Shown piece by piece: positions 19,764 through 29,027 of a stretch of DNA of 64,000 nucleotides. A program made the position numbers and the translations under genes. Under the pieces are notes generated by a model. The model had not been told where the DNA came from. It saw nothing but the letters and a program-made list of their open reading frames with translations, and did no database searches. The stretch lies in the UHGV virus genome UHGV-0310767; one strand, written 5' to 3'. Positions within the stretch are counted from its first letter, which is position 1. Each line of letters begins with the position of its first letter. This DNA comes from a virus.

Positions 19764-19781
19764 AAAGAAAGGAAGATTATT

Positions 19782-20702
19782 ATGGCAGATTTAAAAACAG
19801 CAAAAGGACTGGTGGAATTTGCACAGTCTAAAATTGGTACTCATTATGCATATGGGGCAAAGGGAGAGATACTTACTAAAACAAAAATATACTCCTGGGC
19901 CAGAATGTATCCAAACATTTATACCCAAGCATATATTAATCAGCTTTTGAAATGGGTTGGTGAATATGCAGTTGATTGTTCTGGACTTATTTCATGGTAT
20001 ACTGGTGTCATTCGTGGTTCCAGTAATTTTGAACAGACTGGTACAAACAAGATACAGCCTTCAAAACTTGATGATGGTAAGTTTGGTTGGGCGGTATGGA
20101 AAAACGGTCATATCGGCATTGTAGAGAGTTCTACCAAGGTCATAGAGGCCAAGGGCATTAACTACGGCACCATCAGAAGCAATCGAACAGCTACCCCCTG
20201 GGTAAATGCTTTTCAGATAAAGGATATTAATTATCAGGCAGAGGAAGGTTTACAGGGGTGGAAAAAAGTTAAAGTTGGTTATGTATATTTTCAGAATGGA
20301 GTTATGCTGAAAAATGCATGGGTAAGAGATAAAGATAGATGGTATATCTTATCTGGAAACGGCCTTATGATTCATGATGAATGGTTTTATGAAAATGGCA
20401 GATGGTATTATCTTGCTGGGGATGGAGGTATGATTTCTAACCAGTGGCTTCTATACAAAGATAATTGGTATTATTTTGATGGAGCCGGTGTTTGTTTAAC
20501 AGACACATGGTATAAATACAATGGAGATTGGTATTATTTAGATGATACAGGAGCTATGCATAAAGGAATGCTTTATGATAGTGGCGAATGGTATTATCTG
20601 AATAACGAAGGTAAATTAGTTACAAATAAAAGTATTGTATTTGACGCTAAAGACGATGGAGCATTAAAATTTGCTGGACTTGTAAATAAATTTGATGAGT
20701 AA
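19782..20702 (+). CDS. Endolysin: N-terminal NlpC/P60 cysteine peptidase domain plus C-terminal choline-binding-type cell-wall-binding repeats.
   Basis: Catalytic Cys in the VDCSGLISWY context and His in NGHIGIV. Six or more tandem WYY/WYYL ~20-aa repeats (GxWYYLxxxGxMxxxW) at the C-terminus. RBS aaaggaagattatt ATG. Confidence 0.8.
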   Translation: MADLKTAKGLVEFAQSKIGTHYAYGAKGEILTKTKIYSWARMYPNIYTQAYINQLLKWVGEYAVDCSGLISWYTGVIRGSSNFEQTGTNKIQPSKLDDGKFGWAVWKNGHIGIVESSTKVIEAKGINYGTIRSNRTATPWVNAFQIKDINYQAEEGLQGWKKVKVGYVYFQNGVMLKNAWVRDKDRWYILSGNGLMIHDEWFYENGRWYYLAGDGGMISNQWLLYKDNWYYFDGAGVCLTDTWYKYNGDWYYLDDTGAMHKGMLYDSGEWYYLNNEGKLVTNKSIVFDAKDDGALKFAGLVNKFDE

Positions 20703-20716
20703 TGGAGGTAAAAAAT

Positions 20717-20903
20717 ATGGTAACTATGAATAAGTGGGGGGGCAAATGGTACTGCCGAAGCAGAATTTTGCGGTTTAAGTACTGACAATAAACCCGTAGA
20801 CGAAGGAATTCCTAATGGTTCATCATTTTTTGAGATGGATACATTTAAGGTATATTTCTTTAATAAAATGACAAAAACATGGATAACTGAGGGAGGTGTT
20901 TAA
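20717..20903 (+). CDS. Small protein downstream of the lysin. A G7 tract at 20736-20742 gives a 22-aa truncation; G6 (or G9) would give a 62-aa protein (..ANGTAEAEFCGLSTDNKPVDEGIPNGSSFFEMDTFKVYFFNKMTKTWITEGGV).
   Basis: Strong RBS ggaggtaaaaaat ATG. The alternative frame is open to 20903 and abuts the next gene. Confidence 0.35.
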
Positions 20904-21488
20904 ATGTCTCCTATGCAAGTTTTAGCTATTTGTTTGAATAAAATTGCAAAGATAAATAGTGAAATAGAATCTATTCCTGCCGCATTAGTTTTTAAAGCTT
21001 CAATAGATAATGTGGATTTACTTCCTACCAATCCAAAAGTAGGAGATATGTATAATATAACAGTTAAATCTATTTATGGCGAACCAGGAATGAATGTAGC
21101 CTGGAATGGAACAGAATGGGATGCGTTGGGAAGCACCATAGATTTAAGTCAGTATTATACTAAAACAGAAACAGATAATAAATTTTCTTATAAAAGTACT
21201 TCTGAAACAGTTGCAGGAACAGCAATATCTCAAAATTTAACTTCTAATGTTTTGTATATATTTTCAGATGAATTAACATCTTTAAATATTACAGGATTAG
21301 ATGGTGGAAATGAGCCTTATAATGTTATAAGAGAATGGATGTTTCAGTTTACTTCTGGGGCAACACCCACAGTTTTAACACTTCCTACAGGGGTACAATC
21401 TGAATTGGTTGTATCCCCTAATACCATATATCAGTGTAGCATAGTTAATAATTTGCTTACATTTCAAGGATGGAAGGTGAGTAGCTAA
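20904..21488 (+). CDS. Hypothetical structural protein (194 aa)
   Basis: RBS gagggaggtgtttaa ATG. Start/stop overlap with the next gene (ATGA). Confidence 0.4.
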   Translation: MSPMQVLAICLNKIAKINSEIESIPAALVFKASIDNVDLLPTNPKVGDMYNITVKSIYGEPGMNVAWNGTEWDALGSTIDLSQYYTKTETDNKFSYKSTSETVAGTAISQNLTSNVLYIFSDELTSLNITGLDGGNEPYNVIREWMFQFTSGATPTVLTLPTGVQSELVVSPNTIYQCSIVNNLLTFQGWKVSS

Positions 21489-23038
21489 TGAGTTTTTTAC
21501 GTAGAGAACAAATGGATTGTTGTAACTATGTGGAAGCTATGGGAAGTAAAATTTTAGTAAATTCTAAAAGTAACTGGATGCATTTAGAGAGTTTAGAAGG
21601 TAATACTACTCAAGTTCAAACTACTGGTGCGCAGTTATTTGATATAAAAAATATCGTATCTCCGCAAACTGTAAATGGAATTACTTTAACAACAGATTTA
21701 ACTAATGGAACTATAACAGTAAATGGAACGGCTACTGCTGTAACTATATTTACTATTCCTTTAACCAATATTATACCTACAGGTAAGATAATATATATGG
21801 GAGCAAATAATCCTATTGCTGGAAATAGTGAATTACAATTGAGATTAATGACAGAAGATGAAAGTGTAATTGTTGTAGGTTTACAATTATTAACTATTGA
21901 TACTAGTATTGTTACTACTTTAACTAATGATGTTTCTAAAATAGGTTTTAGAATAGGGGCTAATCAAACTGTTAATAATTTTGTTATAAAAATTATGTTA
22001 GCTTATGATTCAGCTAAACCTTGGGAACCATATACAGGTGAGAAGCCCAGTCCATCAGTGGAATATCCTCAAGATTTTGTAGGGGCTGATATCAAATATA
22101 TTGAAGTACAAGGTGCGCAGTTATTTGATATAAGTAATCCTTATTCGTCAATTAATCAATGGGTTATTACGAATGATACCATTTCTATAACTAATCCTAC
22201 AGGTAGTTATTTAACTGTAATTTATAAAATAGATTGTAAGCCAAATACAACTTATACTATTTATAGCATTATAGTTAATGATGTTCCAGATGCTAATAGT
22301 ATGCATATTGCTATTAGTTTATTAAAAAAAGATGGGACAACTCAAGATAATATAGTTGTTTTAAATAATACTTCATCTGCCACTTTTATTACTACATCAG
22401 ATACACAATCTATTTATATTTATTTTAGAAATAGAACTATTGGTAATGGAGGGTATTTTAAAGATATTATAGTTAATGAAGGAAAAACTGCTTTACCATG
22501 GCAACCTTATTACTCTCCACAAAATATTTCTATTACTTTAACAAAGCCTTTATATGGTATTGATAATTATAATGACGAAATTGCTGTGACTAAACGTATT
22601 GATAAATGTATAGAATTTACTTTTAATGGAAGTGAAAATTGGGCAGTAATTTCAACATATGAAGGATTCTATTATGCGGGCATATTACCATTTACTGCTA
22701 TGAGAAGAGCTGGTTTTTGTAATCAATTTCCTGTAGATACAAAAGGTGAAGCAATTGAATCTATTAGGATTGGTAATGGTAATTCTGTATTGTTCTGCGT
22801 ATATAGCCGTTTCTATGATGATACTGCCGCAGATAAGGGACTTGCCGCCTGGAAAGCCCATCTTTCTACCAATCCTTTAAAAATAGTTACTTATACAAAT
22901 CCAGAAGGTTATGTAGAAACTCCTTTGGAACAAAGCAATATTGATGCTATAAAAAGTCTTTATGCTTATAATGGATATACTATCGTAAACAATAATGAAA
23001 ATACCAACATGAAGATTATGTATAAAACTAAAAGTTAA
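21488..23038 (+). CDS. Modular fibre / receptor-binding-like protein (516 aa). Shares the 'TTGAQxxDI' and 'AKPWEPYTGEKPSPS(V/N)EYPQD' modules with the 10566..13829 protein.
   Basis: Duplicated GAQLFDI(K/S)N segments. KPWEPYTG linker. Last gene before the convergent terminator at 23051-23090. Confidence 0.45.
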   Translation: MSFLRREQMDCCNYVEAMGSKILVNSKSNWMHLESLEGNTTQVQTTGAQLFDIKNIVSPQTVNGITLTTDLTNGTITVNGTATAVTIFTIPLTNIIPTGKIIYMGANNPIAGNSELQLRLMTEDESVIVVGLQLLTIDTSIVTTLTNDVSKIGFRIGANQTVNNFVIKIMLAYDSAKPWEPYTGEKPSPSVEYPQDFVGADIKYIEVQGAQLFDISNPYSSINQWVITNDTISITNPTGSYLTVIYKIDCKPNTTYTIYSIIVNDVPDANSMHIAISLLKKDGTTQDNIVVLNNTSSATFITTSDTQSIYIYFRNRTIGNGGYFKDIIVNEGKTALPWQPYYSPQNISITLTKPLYGIDNYNDEIAVTKRIDKCIEFTFNGSENWAVISTYEGFYYAGILPFTAMRRAGFCNQFPVDTKGEAIESIRIGNGNSVLFCVYSRFYDDTAADKGLAAWKAHLSTNPLKIVTYTNPEGYVETPLEQSNIDAIKSLYAYNGYTIVNNNENTNMKIMYKTKS

Positions 23039-23050
23039 AAAATATTAAAA

Positions 23051-23090
23051 TACCCACCATCCTTATACATGTGATGGTGGGTATTTTTTA
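23051..23090. terminator. Bidirectional rho-independent terminator between the convergent + structural genes and the minus-strand genes.
   Basis: Perfect 11-bp stem (tacccaccatc / gatggtgggta) with a 9-nt loop, flanked by an A-run on one side and a T-run on the other. Confidence 0.7.
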
Positions 23091-23324
23091 TTAATCAAAG
23101 TTACGTACTCTTATATTTTTAACACAATCTGGAATCACAAATGCTTTAATATTATTTTTTTCTGTATAGTTTTTTAAAATATTGACTATTTCTTGAGCCA
23201 CATCTGGTTTGCATTTAGAAGAATCAATACTAATAAACAGTACAGAATCTTTTGAAACATTTATGCACTGTATTCTTTTTATGAGTTGTCTTTTGTTAAT
23301 TTTCTTTCTTTGCCTTGTTGTCAA
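23091..23324 (-). CDS. Hypothetical protein (77 aa)
   Basis: ORF only. Confidence 0.3.
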   Translation of the reverse strand: MTTRQRKKINKRQLIKRIQCINVSKDSVLFISIDSSKCKPDVAQEIVNILKNYTEKNNIKAFVIPDCVKNIRVRNFD

Positions 23325-23335
23325 GATTCTACCTC

Positions 23336-23779
23336 CTATTTATATATTTCTTCAAATGCTTGTTGCCATAATGTCCTATCAAATTTATCCATGATTAATG
23401 ATGGATTTTTCATAAAAGTAATACTATTAATACCATAAATTGTTTGCATCCTACAACAAATTTTTGCACCTTTTGTAGCATTGTCGGAATCACTGTTAAT
23501 TATATTTCTTAATACTTCATCTTCTGGTGCATCTGATTTAACAGGAGATAATTCTACTAAATATTCCTTTATAATTTCTTTAGATAAAATATCTCCCCCT
23601 TTACATCTCAAAAAAGTGCAATTTATAATCTGCATTTTTTCATAATCCCAATAATGTTTTTTAACATATTTATAAGCAAATGTTATTGTTCCTTTCATAG
23701 ATTGGCTACGTACATGAATAATTTCTTTTATTTTATTATTTTCATCACATATACCAAAACGAGTAAGTGTTATTTCCAT
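23336..23779 (-). CDS. Hypothetical protein (147 aa)
   Basis: ORF with RBS (aaggaggaatataaaa ATG on the minus strand). Confidence 0.4.
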   Translation of the reverse strand: MEITLTRFGICDENNKIKEIIHVRSQSMKGTITFAYKYVKKHYWDYEKMQIINCTFLRCKGGDILSKEIIKEYLVELSPVKSDAPEDEVLRNIINSDSDNATKGAKICCRMQTIYGINSITFMKNPSLIMDKFDRTLWQQAFEEIYK

Positions 23780-23793
23780 TTTTATATTCCTCC

Positions 23794-24438
23794 TTATTTT
23801 ACTCCCGTTGAGCCAAACCCACCTCTATTTGGATTTCCCAGGGTATTAACTGGTACAAATGAGATAGAGGGCTGATTCTGATAAATTCTGAACTGGGCTA
23901 TACGGTCGTTTACATAGATGGTTGTATCTCTTATTGCCAAGGCTAAAAATGACCATACATCATCATCTCCGCAATAACTGTTGTCAATAATACCCTGTGA
24001 ATGCGCCATGATAATGCCAAATTTCTCAGGTGCACTACTTCTGGGAAGAATATGGGCTTCATAGTTTTCTGGTAACTGCATAGATATACCTAAAGAAATT
24101 CTACGAATCTCCCCTTTTTTAAGGGTTACTTCTTCGGCGGCTCTTAAATCAATCCAATCAGATTTATTACCATCAATCTTTTGTAGGTGAGTTAATTCTG
24201 GATTATGATATTTGATAGGAATAGTAAAACTTTTGCCTATAAGTTTTTTTATAACTTTATTTTTAATCCAAAATGTACCTAAACTATTTTCCATTTGAAT
24301 TTCATATGGAAGGTTAGTATTTTGAGCATCTATGCTTATTATTTGTCCTCTACATCCTTCATAACCTTCCATTCCTATAGCTTTTAATAAGTTATATTTT
24401 TTTGTTAAAACAACAATATCTCCTACTTTAAATTTCAT
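23794..24438 (-). CDS. dut: dUTP diphosphatase (trimeric dUTPase) with an ~70-aa N-terminal extension.
   Basis: dUTPase motifs: ILPRSSAPEKFGI (motif 3), GIIDNSYCGDDD (motif 2-like) and RGGFGSTG (motif 5). Confidence 0.8.
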   Translation of the reverse strand: MKFKVGDIVVLTKKYNLLKAIGMEGYEGCRGQIISIDAQNTNLPYEIQMENSLGTFWIKNKVIKKLIGKSFTIPIKYHNPELTHLQKIDGNKSDWIDLRAAEEVTLKKGEIRRISLGISMQLPENYEAHILPRSSAPEKFGIIMAHSQGIIDNSYCGDDDVWSFLALAIRDTTIYVNDRIAQFRIYQNQPSISFVPVNTLGNPNRGGFGSTGVK

Positions 24439-24656
24439 TTTTAATCTCCTTTTATATTATAATTTTCTAATTAAAGTATCATCAATATGCCAAAAACATT
24501 GTGCACTCTCCTTTTCATGACTAAGACTAAGGTAAAAACAGGTACAACATGGTTACAAGCTTTTATTTTAATGTTCATGAGGAAATCCCTTGGCTAACTC
24601 CATGTGTATATTTTACCACTTAATACGAAGTTAGTCAAGGATTTCTCCGTCAGACT

Positions 24657-24902
24657 TTATAGAGATTTATTTCCATTTTTCTGACAATAGATGCATAATA
24701 ATCCTGTACGCAGATACATATATTTCTTTTGCAGATATTGTCTGTAATCATAAGTTAATTGGCCTTTAAGTTCTAATTCAATCTGATAAATTTGATTTAA
24801 ATACCAGTCTATCATTTCTTTTTCGTTAAAACCAAAAGTGGCTGTTTGTGTATAAAATGTATAAAAATTTTCTAATGTATAAGGATTATTTGGATTTTTC
24901 AT
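24657..24902 (-). CDS. Hypothetical protein (81 aa)
   Basis: ORF only. Confidence 0.3.
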   Translation of the reverse strand: MKNPNNPYTLENFYTFYTQTATFGFNEKEMIDWYLNQIYQIELELKGQLTYDYRQYLQKKYMYLRTGLLCIYCQKNGNKSL

Positions 24903-25221
24903 TTACTTTTGTTTCCTCCTGTTTTAACAAACTTTTTCTATCCCATTTTATAATATGATAAGGACTAGAATTATAAAGAGAAAATATAGGAGTTACTACG
25001 TATCCTTGACTTTTTAATATTTTTATTTCTTCTTTTGTTAAAGGGCCTATTTCTTTAGTTTCCCAACGAAATTCTCCTTTTTCAGATTGCCAAGTAAGAC
25101 GTTCACATATAATATCCCATCTTATATTACATGTTTCTTCCATTAATAAGTCTGCATGAGGAAGTGAAGGAACAACATTATTCATTTTAAACTCCTTATT
25201 AATATATTTTTTAATAATCAA
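24886..25221 (-). CDS. Hypothetical protein (111 aa)
   Basis: ORF overlapping the nrdG start. Confidence 0.35.
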   Translation of the reverse strand: MIIKKYINKEFKMNNVVPSLPHADLLMEETCNIRWDIICERLTWQSEKGEFRWETKEIGPLTKEEIKILKSQGYVVTPIFSLYNSSPYHIIKWDRKSLLKQEETKVNEKSK

Positions 25222-25744
25222 TATTTTTATATAAAATTTCTTGATTGGTACTTCCCCTTAGTTCAAGAGTAATATCCCTTTTATCCTGTTCGTACCGCCC
25301 TGTAATTAGAGTATCTACTAACTCAATTGCTTTTAATCGGAACATTTCTTTATTGGTTATAGTGTTTTTTTCTTTCTTTTTTATTCTTATTAATTCTTCT
25401 TTTGTATATCCAGTCCATAAGAAAATTTTAATATATGGATAGTGCTTTCTTATTTCTTTTAAAACTAACCATGTAAAGATTACATTTTCATTACATAAAG
25501 GTTCTCCCCCTAATATAGAAAAATTTCTGATTACTTCATTTTTGTTAATAGCTTTTATTATTTTGTCTAAAAGAATATGAAAATCTTCTTCTATTCCCCC
25601 ATCAAAATCCCATGTTTCTTGATTATGACAACCCGGACAATGAAAGGGGCAACCTTGTGTCCAGAGAGATACGCATACATCTTCTCCATTTACTATATCG
25701 TTTTCTTTTAATGCGGCATATCGTATAGTTGAAAATGGTTTCAT
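25211..25744 (-). CDS. nrdG: Anaerobic ribonucleoside-triphosphate reductase activating protein (radical SAM).
   Basis: CX3CX2C cluster in GCPFHCPGCHN near the N-terminus. Size 177 aa. Immediately downstream of nrdD. Confidence 0.85.
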   Translation of the reverse strand: MKPFSTIRYAALKENDIVNGEDVCVSLWTQGCPFHCPGCHNQETWDFDGGIEEDFHILLDKIIKAINKNEVIRNFSILGGEPLCNENVIFTWLVLKEIRKHYPYIKIFLWTGYTKEELIRIKKKEKNTITNKEMFRLKAIELVDTLITGRYEQDKRDITLELRGSTNQEILYKNIDY

Positions 25745-25885
25745 TTTTATTCCTCCTTCTATATGGTTAAAACTCTGTAGAAGCTAAATCTAGCCGTTTA
25801 ACACCCTTAGATGAACAACTGTTAGCCTATGGGGTTAAAACAGCTAGAAACGGGTTTTACGAGGTCGTTTTAAAATGAATACGAT

Positions 25886-28102
25886 TTAATCCTCATTATC
25901 TCCTAAATGAACAAATCTATCTCTAATTTCTTCTGTTCGTCCATAATTCCAGTAATGAGTTCCTATATATCCGCAGGTACGTCTTGCGATATTCATTGTA
26001 TCTTGATTAGTATTTCCACAATTAGGGCAATACCAACTCATATCTTCTGAATTGATTTTCATTTCTCCGTCATAGCCACATTCATGACAATAATCACTCT
26101 TTGTATTTAATTCCGCATACATGATATTATCATAAATGAAGCGCATAACAGTTAAAACTGCATCTATATTTCCTGTTAAATCGGCAGTTTCAATATAGCT
26201 TATAGCACCACCAGGAGAAAGTTTCTGGAATTTTGATTCTATTTTCAATTTAGTAAATGGGTCGATATGCTCAAATACAGGAACATGATAACTATTGGTT
26301 ATATAGTCTCTGTCTTTTCCATCAAGTTTAATGAATACATCATCACCAAATCTCTTTTTAAGACATTTAGCAAATTTGTAAGTTCCGCTTTCCAGAGGGG
26401 TGCCATATACAGAATAATCTATATCTTCTGCCGCTTTCCACTGTGCACATTTATCATTAAGTCTTTGCATAACTTCAAGGCCAAATTTTTCACCTTCTGC
26501 CCCATCTGTATGAGAATGACCTGTCATATATTTTACACATTCATATAATGCCCCATATCCTAATGATACAGTGCAGTATCCATGATGAAGTAATTCATAT
26601 AAACCTTCTTCTTTGTCTAATCGTGCTAATGCACCATTCTGCCATAAAATAGGGGCAACATCAGAAGTAACCTGTTCCAATCTCTTTAATCTTGCTTTCA
26701 ATCCTAAATGACAAAGTTCTGTTCTTTCTTCAAACAGTTCCCAGAACTTATTAAAATCTCCACCAGAAGATAAAGCAAGGTCAGCTAAATTAATAGTTGT
26801 AACCCCAGCATTAAATCTTCCATAGTATTTATTACCTTTTTCCCAGGTATTACATTTACTGTAATTTTCTGTTGTTCTATCAGGAGTAAGAAAAGACCTA
26901 CAACCCATACAGGCGTACACTGCATTCTTATATTCCTTCATCTTTTTTGCAGAAATATAATCTGGAACCATACGCTTTGCTGTGCACTTAGCCGCTAATA
27001 CTGTTAGATTGTAATTAGGAGAATCTTTATAGATATTATCTTCATCTAATACATAGATTAACTTAGGAAATGCAGGAGTAATATAAACTCCTTTTTCATT
27101 CTTCATTCCTTTTATTCTCTGATTTAAAAATTCTTCAATGAGCATAATTGTTTCAGTTTTATATCTTATATCTTCATTAGCATACATATAAACTGTAAGA
27201 AATGGTGCCTGACCATTAGTGGTGCTCATACTGTTTATCTGATAATTAAAGGTTTGTACACTGTCTTTAACTTCTTTTTTCAAATCTTCTGTAGCCCATT
27301 TAATAGATTCTTCACGGGTGAATCCTCTTTCTTTGTATTTGTTATAATAAATTTCATAACTCTTTCTAACAAATGGTGCTAAATGAGTTAGAGAAATAGT
27401 AATTCCTCCATACTGGCTAGAGGAAACGGCAGTAATTATTTGAGTTGCCACTGTTACAGCCGTACTTAATCGTTTCTGAGCATCAATAGCAATACCATTG
27501 ATTATTGTACCGTAATTTAACATATCTTCCAGATTGCATAAACAACAATTATGAAGTGCTTTCTGGGCCATATAATCCATATCGTGCTGATGAATTATAC
27601 CTTCATCATGAGCCTTACATACTTCTGGTGGAAGTAAAAATCTTCTGGCAATATCAGTGGAAGTAATACCAGCTAAATAATCACGCTGAACTGTTACTAC
27701 CTTACTATTCTTATTTGAATTTTCAGAAGTCCAGTATTCGCTTTTATTGCTGAGTAATTCTATAACGTCTTTATCAGTAATGTTTCCTCTAGCAATAGTA
27801 CGATTGTTGCGGTATACAATGTACGCTTTTGCTACATCTTTATATTTTGATTTCATTAATGACTGTTCTACTATATCCTGTATTTCTTCTACGGTATATA
27901 TGTTACCTTTTTTCTCCAAAGTTTCTTCTATATGATAAACGATATGACGTATATCATTTTCATATTCAGAACGTTTCTGTATTAAGTCTTTTCGTGTCTC
28001 TTTAAAAGCTTTAAATATAGCTGTGATTATACGTTCTACATCATAACTTACCTTCCTTCCATCTCTTTTAATAACCTGTCTTTCTACTTCTTTTACTTTC
28101 AT
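25886..28102 (-). CDS. nrdD: Anaerobic ribonucleoside-triphosphate reductase (class III): N-terminal ATP-cone, C-terminal Cys4 zinc site and glycyl-radical motif.
   Basis: C-terminus CHECGYDG...CPNCGN plus RRTCGYIG (glycyl radical loop). 738 aa. Confidence 0.9.
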   Translation of the reverse strand: MKVKEVERQVIKRDGRKVSYDVERIITAIFKAFKETRKDLIQKRSEYENDIRHIVYHIEETLEKKGNIYTVEEIQDIVEQSLMKSKYKDVAKAYIVYRNNRTIARGNITDKDVIELLSNKSEYWTSENSNKNSKVVTVQRDYLAGITSTDIARRFLLPPEVCKAHDEGIIHQHDMDYMAQKALHNCCLCNLEDMLNYGTIINGIAIDAQKRLSTAVTVATQIITAVSSSQYGGITISLTHLAPFVRKSYEIYYNKYKERGFTREESIKWATEDLKKEVKDSVQTFNYQINSMSTTNGQAPFLTVYMYANEDIRYKTETIMLIEEFLNQRIKGMKNEKGVYITPAFPKLIYVLDEDNIYKDSPNYNLTVLAAKCTAKRMVPDYISAKKMKEYKNAVYACMGCRSFLTPDRTTENYSKCNTWEKGNKYYGRFNAGVTTINLADLALSSGGDFNKFWELFEERTELCHLGLKARLKRLEQVTSDVAPILWQNGALARLDKEEGLYELLHHGYCTVSLGYGALYECVKYMTGHSHTDGAEGEKFGLEVMQRLNDKCAQWKAAEDIDYSVYGTPLESGTYKFAKCLKKRFGDDVFIKLDGKDRDYITNSYHVPVFEHIDPFTKLKIESKFQKLSPGGAISYIETADLTGNIDAVLTVMRFIYDNIMYAELNTKSDYCHECGYDGEMKINSEDMSWYCPNCGNTNQDTMNIARRTCGYIGTHYWNYGRTEEIRDRFVHLGDNED

Positions 28103-28137
28103 TCTTATATCTCCTTTTTAAAATTTATTTTTAATTT

Positions 28138-28509
28138 TTATAATTCTTGTATCATACATGGGTAAATATACCAATAAGGATACAAATGATTATTTATTCC
28201 ATAAATCTCAGCATAAGAATTTTTAATTACAATAGTAACCATACCTTCAAGCCTTACTATAGTTGTAATAAAATTTTTATGCTTGAAATAAAGAAATTCA
28301 TTCTTATTAATTCCCGCTCTTTTCCAATCATTAAAATCATTACTTAAAAGAATCTTTTGTCCAGCATGAAGTGATAAATCACGATTCGATATTTCATATT
28401 TAGATTTTTTAAGTTTTTCTTTATCTAAAAATAAAATATTCTTTTTTCTTAAATATTCTTTTCTCTTTTTTCTCCTTGTATTTATCTTTTTAGCAATCCT
28501 TTTATTCAT
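28138..28509 (-). CDS. Hypothetical basic protein (123 aa)
   Basis: ORF; Lys/Arg-rich N-terminus. Confidence 0.3.
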   Translation of the reverse strand: MNKRIAKKINTRRKKRKEYLRKKNILFLDKEKLKKSKYEISNRDLSLHAGQKILLSNDFNDWKRAGINKNEFLYFKHKNFITTIVRLEGMVTIVIKNSYAEIYGINNHLYPYWYIYPCMIQEL

Positions 28510-28721
28510 TTTTTCTTCTCCTTTTTATTATTTTTTAAAATAGAAGTGTGCCTATCTGAGTAGTACACAAGATGTAGGCACACTTCTATTATACACCACA
28601 ATATATAGTTTGTCAATAAATAAATCTAATATTTTCGCTTAGTACAAAATAGATTTAAAACTAAAAAGTCTTTAAGTGAGGAATTGTCAGTCTATAACGA
28701 TTTAATGCCTTATACTTTCTT

Positions 28722-29027
28722 TTACTGCTTTTTATCCATATCCTGTTCTTGATATACTTCTTCTTTGGTCAGCACAATAAAATTTAAAGGGACTCGGTTT
28801 TTGTTTGGTTTTTCCAAAAGAATTAAATTTTCTATAGCCCCTATATTATCATTGTTTTCCGTTGTAATTAAAAGATTATTCATGGGACAGATATATTTAT
28901 CAGATTCATGAAGGATTTTATAATACTTTCCTTTTGTCCATATTACCAAAGGGGCAAAATCTTTCCCCTTTGGATTTGGCAAACTTACATCTTTCAAGCA
29001 TTTTAAAAATTTTACACTGCTGTCCAA
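28722..29027 (-). CDS. Hypothetical protein (101 aa)
   Basis: ORF overlapping the helicase stop. Confidence 0.35.
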   Translation of the reverse strand: MDSSVKFLKCLKDVSLPNPKGKDFAPLVIWTKGKYYKILHESDKYICPMNNLLITTENNDNIGAIENLILLEKPNKNRVPLNFIVLTKEEVYQEQDMDKKQ

